A stretch of 64,000 nucleotides of DNA from Desulfatiglandales bacterium (GTDB lineage Bacteria; Desulfobacterota; DSM-4660; Desulfatiglandales; Desulfatiglandaceae), in the NCBI GenBank assembly GCA_963662465.1, contig OY759599.1, forward strand, positions 4,992,001 through 5,056,000. The letters are read 5' to 3'. The translations under genes and the position numbers were made by a program. Shown here piece after piece: positions 8,248-17,651 of the stretch (position 1 is its first letter; every line of letters starts with the position of its first letter). The notes under the pieces were generated by a model. It was not told the origin of the DNA. It worked only from the letters and a program-made list of their open reading frames with translations, and ran no database searches.

Positions 8248-8478
8248 CTAATGATCTTCCGTTTGTCCTCTCCCTTTCATACCGTACATGGTGCTGCTGC
8301 CGGTGGAAAAATAGATCAGTTTTTCTTCAGTAATCAACGCAGTGGCAGCCTTTTTGATCATCCTGGCCTTGGCATCCGGAAGCACCTTCTGAACCGCTTT
8401 CTGGATGTCGTTAAAATAGAATTTGCTTTTTTTGCTATTTTCAGCAAATTCCATAATGGCTTTTTTCATGTCTTCCAT
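8248..8478 (-). CDS. dsrD: dissimilatory sulfite reductase D protein
   Basis: KSKFYFND...YFSTGSSTMYG; directly downstream of dsrB. Confidence 0.95.
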   Translation of the reverse strand: MEDMKKAIMEFAENSKKSKFYFNDIQKAVQKVLPDAKARMIKKAATALITEEKLIYFSTGSSTMYGMKGRGQTEDH

Positions 8479-8569
8479 TGTTGCTCCTTTATGTCATATT
8501 CCGTCCGGGGAAGAGACGTTTTGCAAGCATGGTTCCCCCCCCCCCGGGCGGAACTAATTGAGCATTCGT

Positions 8570-9757
8570 TTATTTGATGCCGTTGACGGCTCTTGATACA
8601 GCCCAGGACGCCTCGGTATATTTAAACTGAGTGGATGTCCTGTAGGTATCATACTGGAGTCGGTAATCATCAATAAGATGTTCCGTAAAGGGAAGATCGC
8701 ATTTTTCAAAGAATTTTTCCCAGCCGATTCTCTCGGCCCAGTCGCCAATACGCTCATATTTGTTGGCGTCCCCTGCGTAAGCATTAATGATCTGCTTGAC
8801 GTTCTCGCACACCTCAGGGAATCTCGGGAAGGTGTTGGGCAGCGCCGGTACAACCACCTTGGAAAATTTGGGCGGTGAAATCCGGTTGGAAACCTTGCCG
8901 CCCGCCATAATGGTAACACAGTCCCCTTCACTATCCGACAGGGGCAGGGCCATACACATGGTGTAGCAGTTACCGCAGAACATACAACGTTCGCTCTTAA
9001 TCTTGACCGCTTTTTTGCCGGATTCGGTTTTGGCGGGCGAAATAGCGGCTGTGGGGCAAGCCGCAATGACCAGCGGAATTTCGCAGTACTGATCCAAGAC
9101 TTCGGCGTCCACAATCGGCGGTTTCCGGTGATATCCCAGAAGGGCGATATCGGAACAATGCACGGCCCCGCACATATTGAGGCAGCAGGCCATGGACACA
9201 CGGACCTGGGCCGGCAGACTCATGCCCTGGAAATGGTCAAAAAGATCATCCATGACGGCCTTGACCATACTGGAAGCATCCGTAGCAGGCGTATGGCAAT
9301 GAATATAACCCTGAGTATGGATGATATTGGTGACGCCGGCCCCCGTGCCGCCAATGGGGAATTTATAACTGCCGGTAACATGCTTACGGCTCTGAAGGTC
9401 CTTTTTCAGGGCCTCCATTTTGCTCTGGCTGTCCACCATAAATTCCAGGTTATTTCGCGTGGTAAACCGCATGAACCCGTCACAGTGTTTGTCGGCGATT
9501 TCACAGATTTCCCGAACATTTTCAACGCTCATGTAACGGCAACCGCCGCACCGGACGGTAAAGACCTTGTCGCCGCTTTCGGCCACATGCACCAGAATGC
9601 CGGGTTCCAGAATATCGTGGTACAGCCATTTGCCGTAATTATTCTGAATAACCGAAGGAAAATACTGCCAGAAATGCCGAGGACCAAGATCCGTCAGACG
9701 GTTTTCCATGGGTTTTTCAGGATTATATAGTCCTAGTCTTTCTAATGATAATGCCAT
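8570..9757 (-). CDS. dsrB: dissimilatory sulfite reductase beta subunit
   Basis: [42 protein letters not shown] ferredoxin domain, KYERIGDW. Confidence 0.98.
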   Translation of the reverse strand: MALSLERLGLYNPEKPMENRLTDLGPRHFWQYFPSVIQNNYGKWLYHDILEPGILVHVAESGDKVFTVRCGGCRYMSVENVREICEIADKHCDGFMRFTTRNNLEFMVDSQSKMEALKKDLQSRKHVTGSYKFPIGGTGAGVTNIIHTQGYIHCHTPATDASSMVKAVMDDLFDHFQGMSLPAQVRVSMACCLNMCGAVHCSDIALLGYHRKPPIVDAEVLDQYCEIPLVIAACPTAAISPAKTESGKKAVKIKSERCMFCGNCYTMCMALPLSDSEGDCVTIMAGGKVSNRISPPKFSKVVVPALPNTFPRFPEVCENVKQIINAYAGDANKYERIGDWAERIGWEKFFEKCDLPFTEHLIDDYRLQYDTYRTSTQFKYTEASWAVSRAVNGIK

Positions 9758-9769
9758 TATAGATTCCTC

Positions 9770-11188
9770 CTATCTTGCATGTCTGGATCGGTAGTCGTCG
9801 ATATCGCGGTCCCATCCACCGGGCACATCCTCTTCCTTCCAGAAGATGTAGGGGTTGCTTCTCGGCTCTCTCACCATCTGCGGCATGGGCGGAATCTCCA
9901 GGACCTGCAGCAACTTGGCGACACCCTGACGCTGGATCAGCTCGCCCAAACGTTCACGGTTCTTCCCTTCTTCCGGCCACCATTCCCAGATTTTTTCCAC
10001 GATTTCCTTGATATTGTCATAAGGCGCTTCGCATTCCATGAAAGGAATCGTCAGAATACCCATCTGGGCGCCGTCCAAGATGGGGGCTTTGGCGCCGAAC
10101 TGGATGCTGCATCCTGTTTCAACACCGGGTCTCAGGGCTCTCGGCATGACGTTGATGCAATGCATGCAACGGGTGCATTCCTTGTCGTCGATCATGAGTT
10201 TGCCGTCTTCCATCCACATGCAGTTGGTGGGACACAGGTTAATCACTTCTTTTTCAATGTTGAAGGCGCCCCAGTCTTTGCCCGCATGGGCGCCGGCGTT
10301 GGGTGCAATTTCACCACCGATATAGGCCTGTACCGCTTCCTGATCGATCCGAATATTGTCTTTCCATGTACCGATAAAGCTCATATCCGACCGGGCAATG
10401 GAGGCCACGCAACCGTTGGGGCAGCCATCAAATTTAAACTTAAATTTGTAGGGAAAAGCCGGACGGTGCAGCTCATCCTGATAAAAATGGGTCAATTCGT
10501 AACACATGCCCTGGGTGTCAATACAGGAGTATTCACAACGAGCCTTGCCGATACAGCAGGACGGCGTACGAAGATTGGAACCGGAACCGCCCAGATCCTG
10601 CTGAAGGACGTGCCCCAATTCATAAAAAATGGGCTCCAACTGCTCGGTAGTGGTCCCGATGCAGACCATATCGCCCGTGGAACCATGAAAATTCATCAAG
10701 CCGCTGCCCCGATACTCCCAAAGGTCGCAAACACACCGGAGATAATCGCTGGAATAGAACTTACTGGCAGGCTGGTTGATACGCATGGTATGAAAATGCG
10801 CAATAGAAGGGAACCTTTCGGGCAAATCCGAATACCTGCCGATAACGCCGCCGCCGTAACCGAACACGCCCACGATGCCGCCATGTTTCCAGTGGGTTTC
10901 CTTGTCGTCATAGGAAACCTGGAGCTGTCCCATCAGATCCTCGACCACGTCTCGATCGATCAACATGCGGTCATCGGCCAGATTTTTGCGGTGAAGGGCC
11001 TCTCGTTTGGAATCCGCTACAAAACTCGGCCAGGGACCTTTTTCCAGTTCGTCCAGATCGGGGATGTCATGTTTGCATTTATATGCCTTGAGTTCATCCT
11101 CCGTATAGTTGTTCAGCTCCTCATCCGTGTAGATGCGAAGCTCGTCGTACTTCAATACTTTTTGTTCTTCGTTGGGTTCAAAAGCCAT
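9770..11188 (-). CDS. dsrA: dissimilatory sulfite reductase alpha subunit
   Basis: GPWPSFV, THWKHGGIVGVFGYGGGVIGRY, Cx5C siroheme motif, FPYKFKFKFDGCPNGC, PRSNPYIFW. Confidence 0.98.
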   Translation of the reverse strand: MAFEPNEEQKVLKYDELRIYTDEELNNYTEDELKAYKCKHDIPDLDELEKGPWPSFVADSKREALHRKNLADDRMLIDRDVVEDLMGQLQVSYDDKETHWKHGGIVGVFGYGGGVIGRYSDLPERFPSIAHFHTMRINQPASKFYSSDYLRCVCDLWEYRGSGLMNFHGSTGDMVCIGTTTEQLEPIFYELGHVLQQDLGGSGSNLRTPSCCIGKARCEYSCIDTQGMCYELTHFYQDELHRPAFPYKFKFKFDGCPNGCVASIARSDMSFIGTWKDNIRIDQEAVQAYIGGEIAPNAGAHAGKDWGAFNIEKEVINLCPTNCMWMEDGKLMIDDKECTRCMHCINVMPRALRPGVETGCSIQFGAKAPILDGAQMGILTIPFMECEAPYDNIKEIVEKIWEWWPEEGKNRERLGELIQRQGVAKLLQVLEIPPMPQMVREPRSNPYIFWKEEDVPGGWDRDIDDYRSRHAR

Positions 11189-11402
11189 TAGACTTGCCTC
11201 CTTAAAATGTTATGACATCAAGGTATCGCTAAGGAATTTCTCCTAAAACTAGTGCCGACCGTCACCTCCTCCCCAAATAATTCTGATCCGCGGCAGGGAT
11301 ACTGAAAATATGTTTAACCCTATTTTCCACCGAATCCTGAAATAAACGATCCGATTTCAGTCGCTGCTTGTACAAATACGAATTGACCAATTAATCAGAT
11401 AG

Positions 11403-11432
11403 TTAATAATCAAAAGGTCGATAGGATGTCAA
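11403..11432 (-). promoter_or_regulatory. probable sigma70 promoter for dsrABD
   Basis: Minus strand TTGACA followed after 17-18 nt by TTATTA/TATTAA. A second TTGACA (11467-11472, + strand) faces dsrN. Confidence 0.45.
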
Positions 11433-11566
11433 TAAAAAAAAACGGAACGGTTCCATGACTTTTTTGTTGACAATTTTAAGAGACCGTGTTCCTTATTTCG
11501 GCCATGATGGGTTACAATCATAAATCACAACCACTCAAAACCAAATTGATAAAAAGAGACGCTGAT

Positions 11567-12988
11567 ATGCATCCCCGCGTAATTATTGCCGCCCTGAAAG
11601 GCGGATCCGGTAAAACCATTCTTTCCCTGGGCCTTGCCGCAGCCTGGCGGGAAGCAGGCTACATCGTTGCACCTTTTAAAAAAGGACCCGATTTTATTGA
11701 CGCCGGCTGGCTTTCCCTGGCAACGGGAAAGAAATGTTATAACCTGGATCCTTTTCTAATGAATGAAGAACAGATCCTGAACTCCTTTCTGAAACATTCC
11801 GAAAGCGCGGAGATTGCCATTATTGAAGGGAACAGAGGGATCTATGACGGCCTCGACCTCAATGGGTGCTGCAGCACTGCCGAACTGGCCAGACTGCTTA
11901 AAGCGCCGGTGCTGATTGTTTTGGACGTCACCATGACAACGCGTACCATGGCAGCCGTCGTTCAAGGATGCCAGGTATTTGATCCGGACCTGAACATTGC
12001 CGGCGTTATTCTCAACCGAGTGGCCGGGCCCCGACAGAAGAAACTGATTACGGAAGCCATTTGGAAATACTGCGGCATCCCCGTGGTGGGTTCAATTCCA
12101 AAACTTAGGGAACACCCCTTTCCGGAAAGGCATATGGGCCTGGTCCCCCACCAGGAGAGCGACCGGGCGCAAAAAGCCATTTCATGGGCCAAAAAAACCG
12201 TCATGGACAACCTGCAACTGGAACATATCCGGGAAATCGCCGACCGGGCCCCGCAACTGGAGGGAATAACACCCTCCAGTAAACCGGCAACCTTCCCTGA
12301 AAATGAAACCTTACACCCGCGAATTGGTTTTATAAGGGATCAGGCCCTGTGGTTCTATTATCCTGAAAACCTGTCTCAACTTGAGGATCTGGGGGCAGAG
12401 CTGATTGAACTGGACGCCCTTTCATCAACCCGGTTGCCGAAGCTGGATGCGCTCTATATTGGTGGGGGATTTCCCGAAACGCAGGCCCGGGCCCTGGCCG
12501 ATAACGCCTCTTTTCGAAATGCCCTGAAACAGGAAATCGAAGCGGGACTTCCCGTTTATGCCGAGTGTGGCGGGCTCATTTATCTGGGAGAAAGGATTCT
12601 GCTGGATAGCGGGAATTATCCGATGGTCGGAGCGCTTCCCATGGAATTCGTTTTTCAAAAAAAGCCACAGGGGCACGGATATACCGTATTGGAAACCCGC
12701 GGTCAAAATCCCTACTACCCCATTGGGGAAACACTGCGTGGGCACGAATTCCACTATTCAAAAGCCGTGTTTACCGCTTCGAAAGAGCCGGTCCATTTTG
12801 CCTTTAATGTAAAACGAGGTCACGGCATCGACGGTGCAAGAGATGGGATTTGCAAGAAAAATGTATTGGGCACTTATACGCATATTCATGCGGCCGGTCA
12901 GTCCAAGTGGGCTAAAGGCCTTTTCAGGGCAGCTCTCAATCACCAAAAAAAGTGGTCAACGGCCAAAGAAGGGGAAAAGAATATTTGA
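11567..12988 (+). CDS. dsrN: cobyrinate a,c-diamide synthase homologue (siroheme amidase DsrN)
   Basis: GGSGKT, FKKGPDFID, EGNRG, ERHMGL, YAECGG, GHEFHYS and YTHIH motifs of the CbiA/CobB family; dsr context. Confidence 0.9.
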   Translation: MHPRVIIAALKGGSGKTILSLGLAAAWREAGYIVAPFKKGPDFIDAGWLSLATGKKCYNLDPFLMNEEQILNSFLKHSESAEIAIIEGNRGIYDGLDLNGCCSTAELARLLKAPVLIVLDVTMTTRTMAAVVQGCQVFDPDLNIAGVILNRVAGPRQKKLITEAIWKYCGIPVVGSIPKLREHPFPERHMGLVPHQESDRAQKAISWAKKTVMDNLQLEHIREIADRAPQLEGITPSSKPATFPENETLHPRIGFIRDQALWFYYPENLSQLEDLGAELIELDALSSTRLPKLDALYIGGGFPETQARALADNASFRNALKQEIEAGLPVYAECGGLIYLGERILLDSGNYPMVGALPMEFVFQKKPQGHGYTVLETRGQNPYYPIGETLRGHEFHYSKAVFTASKEPVHFAFNVKRGHGIDGARDGICKKNVLGTYTHIHAAGQSKWAKGLFRAALNHQKKWSTAKEGEKNI

Positions 12989-13013
12989 CAACATAAAAAA
13001 TGGGAATTATACT
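12985..13013 (+). promoter_or_regulatory. sigma70 promoter of dsrC
   Basis: Near-consensus TTGACA-17 nt-TATACT overlapping the dsrN stop. Confidence 0.75.
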
Positions 13014-13102
13014 GTTTTGATTGTGTATGGAGATGGACGAAAAAAATTTTCAGACAAGATATCTTGGAGTATCTTAAATTAACAAAGGGAGGTTAATTAG
13101 TT

Positions 13103-13420
13103 ATGCCGACAGTAGAATTTGAGGGAACCAGCTATGACGTTGATGAAGACGGGTTCATTGATGACTTCGCCCACTGGGATGTAGGATGGATGAGTTATGT
13201 AAAGACAAGCGAGGGCATTGACGAGATTACGGACGAACACAAAAAGGTCGTTGATGTTTTACAGGAGTACTACAAGAAAAACGGCATCGCACCCATGGTC
13301 AGAATTCTGTCCAAAGTCACCGGCTACAAACTGAAATATATCTACGAACTGTTCCCTTCAGGACCGGGCAAAGGCGCCTGTAAAATGGCTGGACTTCCCA
13401 AACCGACCGGTTGCGTATAA
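13103..13420 (+). CDS. dsrC: DsrC sulfur-carrier protein
   Basis: C-terminal LFPSGPGKGACKMAGLPKPTGCV with both conserved Cys; SD GGAGG. Confidence 0.97.
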   Translation: MPTVEFEGTSYDVDEDGFIDDFAHWDVGWMSYVKTSEGIDEITDEHKKVVDVLQEYYKKNGIAPMVRILSKVTGYKLKYIYELFPSGPGKGACKMAGLPKPTGCV

Positions 13421-13476
13421 CCATTTGGATGGGAATTTTGGAGAATCACTGCATTCCCCGAAAATTAAAAGGCACT

Positions 13477-13525
13477 AAAAAAAAGGCACACAGAAAACAA
13501 TATTCAGTTTTCTTGTGCCTTTTTT
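13477..13525. terminator. bidirectional intrinsic terminator between dsrC and the nitrilase gene
   Basis: A-run, ggcaca.agaaaac...gttttct.tgtgcc, T-run between convergent genes. Confidence 0.75.
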
Positions 13526-13529
13526 CCGT

Positions 13530-14336
13530 TTACGTGTAAAGTTTGGGCCGTCGCTGGGACAGGAAATATTTCATTCGATGTTCCCTGATGTTTTTCAGCG
13601 TTTCACCTTTCAGTACCGCGAAAAGGATCTTTTCCCCTTTCCCTTGAAACTGCGCTAACAGTCTTCCATCAGGACCCAACACCAGGGCGACCCCAGGAAA
13701 TGAGAGCCCGGCGCCGTTTTCACCCACCGGATTGCAGGCCACCACAAAAACGCCATTGTCAAAGGCCCTGGCCGAGAGGTGACGCATCCAGCTCTTCATC
13801 TTTTCTTCCGGATCACCCCTGGGAGAAGCATGTGGGAAAAAAAGGATATCCGCCCCCTTGAGTGCCATGGTTGTGCTGATCTCCGGGAAATGGGCATCAT
13901 AACAGAGTTGAATACCAAAGGTCCAACTCCCGCAGGTAAAAACACCAAGCTCTTCCCCTGGGGCATAAACACCTTTCTCAGTGGGGGACAGATGCGTTTT
14001 GCGGTATATGCCAACCAGGCCTTCAGGACCCGCAACCACCTGTGAAACGAAAGGTTTTTCCTGACCCCCATGCTCGATTACACCCACCATCAGCACAATG
14101 CCCATATCCCGGCCCAATCGAATCAAACGATCCAGAATCTTGTCGGTGTCTCCGGCACTGCAATATTTTCCAGGATTTTCCAGGGCATAACCGGTGGCCG
14201 CAAACTCAGGGAAGCAGACCATCCGGGCGCCCTCCTGAGCCGCTGCCGAAGCCATCCCCGCAATCCGGTCCATATTCCCTCGAATATCCCCAAGGACTGA
14301 GTTCATGCAGACAACGGCAATTTTGAGATCCATCAT
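13530..14336 (-). CDS. carbon-nitrogen hydrolase (nitrilase superfamily)
   Basis: Catalytic triad in FPEF, YRKTHL, LCYDAHFPE; RAFDNGVFV. ATG 14336 overlaps the ilvC stop (ATGA). Confidence 0.9.
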   Translation of the reverse strand: MMDLKIAVVCMNSVLGDIRGNMDRIAGMASAAAQEGARMVCFPEFAATGYALENPGKYCSAGDTDKILDRLIRLGRDMGIVLMVGVIEHGGQEKPFVSQVVAGPEGLVGIYRKTHLSPTEKGVYAPGEELGVFTCGSWTFGIQLCYDAHFPEISTTMALKGADILFFPHASPRGDPEEKMKSWMRHLSARAFDNGVFVVACNPVGENGAGLSFPGVALVLGPDGRLLAQFQGKGEKILFAVLKGETLKNIREHRMKYFLSQRRPKLYT

Positions 14337-15385
14337 TTGTTTCGGTTTTCCGGTCTCAAAGCCCTGACGGCTGCCCCGGCCCGCCACATCTCGGAGTCCC
14401 TGATTTCCGAGAGTTCCCGGTCAAGTCCATCCCGATAGTCGTCCCGGCTGTTGGCGTCCAGAACAATCCGGGCTTCCTTTCCGGATTTGACGCTTTCATA
14501 AAGATCGTCAAATACGGGGGCCACGGCCTCTTTGAACTTTCCACGCCAATCCAGGGCGCCCCGCTGGGCTGTGGTGCTGCAGTTTCCGAACATCCAGTCC
14601 ATGCCGTTTTCCGCCACCAGGCGGATAAGGCTCTGGGTCAGCTCTTCAACGGTTTCATTGAAGGCCTCACTGGGGCTGTGCCCATGCTTGCGCAGAAGGT
14701 CATACTGAGCTTCCATGACGCCGGCCAGGCAACCCATCAATACCCCCCGTTCACCGGTCAAATCACTGAACACCTCTTTTTCAAAGGTCGTTGGAAAAAG
14801 ATAACCACTCCCAATGGCCACGCCAAGGGCCAGGGTGCGTTCCCGGGCACGACCCGTATAGTCCTGAAATATGGCAAAACTGGAGTTGATGCCGCTGCCG
14901 GCCAGGAAATTTCTGCGAACGGTTTTGCCGCTTCCCTTTGGGGCCACCAGTATTACATCCACATCCTTGGGGGGGACGATACCCGTCTGGTCCTTGTAAG
15001 TGACCCCAAAACCATGGGAAAAATAAAGCGCATCCCCCGAATTCAAACAGGCCTTAATGCTGGGCCATGTGGCCACCTGGCCGGCATCAGACACCAGATA
15101 CTGAATAACCGTCGCGCGTTTTGCGGCTTCCTCCAGTGAAAACAACGTCTCACCCGGAACAAAGCCATCCTCGATGGCGCGGTTCCAGGAGGGACTCCCA
15201 TCACGCTGCCCCACGATCACCGTAAACCCGTTATCTTTCATATTAAGGGCCTGACCCGGTCCCTGCACGCCGTACCCCAGAACAGCAATGGTTTCATTTT
15301 CCAGGACCTTTTGCGCTTTTTCCAGGCTGAACTCCGCCAAGGTGATCACCTCTTCAATCGTACCGCCAAAATCAATCTGCGCCAT
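14333..15385 (-). CDS. ilvC: ketol-acid reductoisomerase
   Basis: GYGVQG, FSHGF, APKGSG, EVFSDLTGERGVLMG, NCSTTAQRGA. Confidence 0.95.
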   Translation of the reverse strand: MAQIDFGGTIEEVITLAEFSLEKAQKVLENETIAVLGYGVQGPGQALNMKDNGFTVIVGQRDGSPSWNRAIEDGFVPGETLFSLEEAAKRATVIQYLVSDAGQVATWPSIKACLNSGDALYFSHGFGVTYKDQTGIVPPKDVDVILVAPKGSGKTVRRNFLAGSGINSSFAIFQDYTGRARERTLALGVAIGSGYLFPTTFEKEVFSDLTGERGVLMGCLAGVMEAQYDLLRKHGHSPSEAFNETVEELTQSLIRLVAENGMDWMFGNCSTTAQRGALDWRGKFKEAVAPVFDDLYESVKSGKEARIVLDANSRDDYRDGLDRELSEIRDSEMWRAGAAVRALRPENRNK

Positions 15386-15397
15386 TTCTTTCACTCC

Positions 15398-15895
15398 CTA
15401 TTTCTTTTTTTCGCGAGGCAGTGCAATGGTTCCCGTCCTCGCAATTTCTTTAATGCCCATTGGCTTTAAAAGGCCCAGGATCGCATCGATTTTCTCCAGA
15501 TCCCCCGTGACCTCCAAGGTATAGCATTCCGCTCCCACATCCACTACTCTTCCTCTGAAAATGTCAACGATCCTCAGGATTTCAGCCCGATGTCCGTTTT
15601 TGGCGCTTACCTTGATGAGTGCCAGGTCCCGTTGAACAAATGCAGTATCCGCAAAATCCACTACCTTGATAACATTGATCAACTTGTTCAACTGCTTTTT
15701 GATCTGTTCAATCACCACCAGGTCCCCAAGGGTGACCAGTGTAATCCTCGACACCTCTGCTTCCGCGGTTTCAGCCACACAGAGACTTTCAATATTGAAC
15801 CCCCTGCCGCTGAAAAGGCCTACGATACGGGACAAGACCCCCGGTTGATTGTCCACCATCAGCGACAGAATATGTTTTTCCGACTTATCATTCAT
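15398..15895 (-). CDS. ilvN: acetolactate synthase small subunit
   Basis: NQPGVLSRIVGLFSGRGFNIESL...EQIKKQLNKLINV. Confidence 0.95.
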   Translation of the reverse strand: MNDKSEKHILSLMVDNQPGVLSRIVGLFSGRGFNIESLCVAETAEAEVSRITLVTLGDLVVIEQIKKQLNKLINVIKVVDFADTAFVQRDLALIKVSAKNGHRAEILRIVDIFRGRVVDVGAECYTLEVTGDLEKIDAILGLLKPMGIKEIARTGTIALPREKKK

Positions 15896-15911
15896 GTATT
15901 CTCCCCCACCT

Positions 15912-15942
15912 GCTAACAGCTAATCGCTAACGGCTAACAGCT
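15912..15942. repeat. heptamer tandem repeat (GCTAACA)x4
   Basis: gctaaca gctaatc gctaacg gctaaca gct in the ilvB-ilvN spacer. Confidence 0.8.
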
Positions 15943-15947
15943 TCCTT

Positions 15948-17633
15948 TCAAACCAGCAACATTTCAGTAATAGGCGCACCCGCCGGAACCATTGGATAAA
16001 CATTTTCCTCTCTTTCCACCCTGAACTCCATAATCACGGTCCTGCCGGTGGAAAGCCCCTCACGAAGCACGGGTTCAACCTCCTCAGGCCGCGTGGCGCG
16101 CAATCCCACGGCGCCATAGGCCTCCGCCAGCTTGAGGAAATCGGGGGCATGTTCCATGGGAGTGCCCGCATAGCATTTATCATAAAAGAGTTCCTGCCAC
16201 TGCCGCACCATACCCAGGTACTGATTGTTCAGAATTACCACCTTGATGGGCAACCCGTACTGAACGGCGGTTGCCAGTTCCTGGATATTCATCTGAATGC
16301 TGCCGTCGCCGGCAATGTCCACCACCAGCTTGTCCGGACAGGCCATTTGCGCGCCAATGGCGGCCGGCAACCCGAAACCCATACAGCCAAGGCCCCCCGA
16401 GGTAATAAAACAGTTGGGCCGGTCAAAATGGTAGTACTGGGCCGCCCACATCTGATTCTGCCCCACTTCGGTGGTGATGATGGCCTCGCCTTTTGTGAGC
16501 CGGTACAGCGTCTCCACCACATATTGAGGTTTAATCACCTCCTGCTGGTGGTATTCCAGTTTTTTGGTGCTTTTCCATTCCTCAATCTCATCAAACCAAC
16601 GCTTACGCGAACCGTTGAAAACACCTCCCACCTGGGCGGTTACCAGTTCATTCAGCATTTCCAGCGTTTGCCGGCAATCCCCCACCACGGGAATGGCCAC
16701 CGGAATGTTTTTTCGAATGGATGTGGGATCAATATCAATGTGTACAATTTTGGCTTTCGGCGCAAAGGCGTCTATCTTTCCGGTCACCCGGTCATCAAAA
16801 CGGACGCCAATGGCAATCATCAAGTCGCAGTTGCCGGAAGCCATATTGGCCCGATAAGTGCCGTGCATACCAATCATGCCCAGCCATTTCGGCGTACCGG
16901 TGGGAAATCCGCCCAGTCCCATCAACGTAGTGGTCACCGGGGATTCAATGGCTTCGGCAAATTTTCGCAATTCATCCGCCGCCTTTGAAAGGATAACGCC
17001 GCCGCCTGCCAGGATCAAAGGCTTTTTGGCCTTTTTGATCAGCTCAACCACCTTGCCCAACTGCCTGACGTTGGGCTTGTAGTTGGGCTGATAAGACTTC
17101 AGGTGAACCGCTTTGACCGGTTTCAATTTCGTTGTGCAGGACATCATGTCCTTAGGAAGATCCACCAGGACCGGCCCCGGTCGACCACTCCTGGCAATAT
17201 GGAACGCCTCCCGAATCGTTTGCTCAAGGTCCTCGATCTTTGTAATCAGATAATTGTGCTTGGTGCAGGGCCGGGTAATCCCGACAATATCCACCTCCTG
17301 AAAGGCGTCATTGCCAATCAACCCGGTGGGCACCTGTCCCGTAAAAATGACAATGGGGATTGAATCCGCGTAAGCCGCAGCAATACCGCTGACCGTATTG
17401 GTAGCTCCCGGGCCGGATGTGACCAGACAAACCCCCACCTCCCCCGAAGCCCTGGCATATCCATCCGCCGCATGGACCGCCCCCTGCTCATGGCGCACCA
17501 GGATATGCTTGAAATCCGTCTTGCTCAATGCATCATATATGTCGATGACGGCCGCCCCGGGATAACCGAAAATGGTACTCACCCCTTCATCTTTCAGGAC
17601 TTTCAGCAATATTTCAGTTCCTGTTCGTTTAAT
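15948..17633 (-). CDS. ilvB: acetolactate synthase large subunit (probable ATT start at 17633; ORF track starts at TTG 17609)
   Basis: FGYPG, RHEQGA, TSGPGATN, GDGSIQMN...LNNQYLGMVRQWQ ThDP motifs. Confidence 0.95.
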   Translation of the reverse strand: MKRTGTEILLKVLKDEGVSTIFGYPGAAVIDIYDALSKTDFKHILVRHEQGAVHAADGYARASGEVGVCLVTSGPGATNTVSGIAAAYADSIPIVIFTGQVPTGLIGNDAFQEVDIVGITRPCTKHNYLITKIEDLEQTIREAFHIARSGRPGPVLVDLPKDMMSCTTKLKPVKAVHLKSYQPNYKPNVRQLGKVVELIKKAKKPLILAGGGVILSKAADELRKFAEAIESPVTTTLMGLGGFPTGTPKWLGMIGMHGTYRANMASGNCDLMIAIGVRFDDRVTGKIDAFAPKAKIVHIDIDPTSIRKNIPVAIPVVGDCRQTLEMLNELVTAQVGGVFNGSRKRWFDEIEEWKSTKKLEYHQQEVIKPQYVVETLYRLTKGEAIITTEVGQNQMWAAQYYHFDRPNCFITSGGLGCMGFGLPAAIGAQMACPDKLVVDIAGDGSIQMNIQELATAVQYGLPIKVVILNNQYLGMVRQWQELFYDKCYAGTPMEHAPDFLKLAEAYGAVGLRATRPEEVEPVLREGLSTGRTVIMEFRVEREENVYPMVPAGAPITEMLLV

Positions 17634-17651
17634 AACAACACCCCCTTTTTA

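Noticed and set aside
9779..11191. 470-aa plus-strand ORF
   Set aside because: Exact antisense shadow of dsrA with no recognisable motifs; explained by codon bias. The same applies to the long antisense ORFs over ilvB, leuC, rpoB and both tuf genes.
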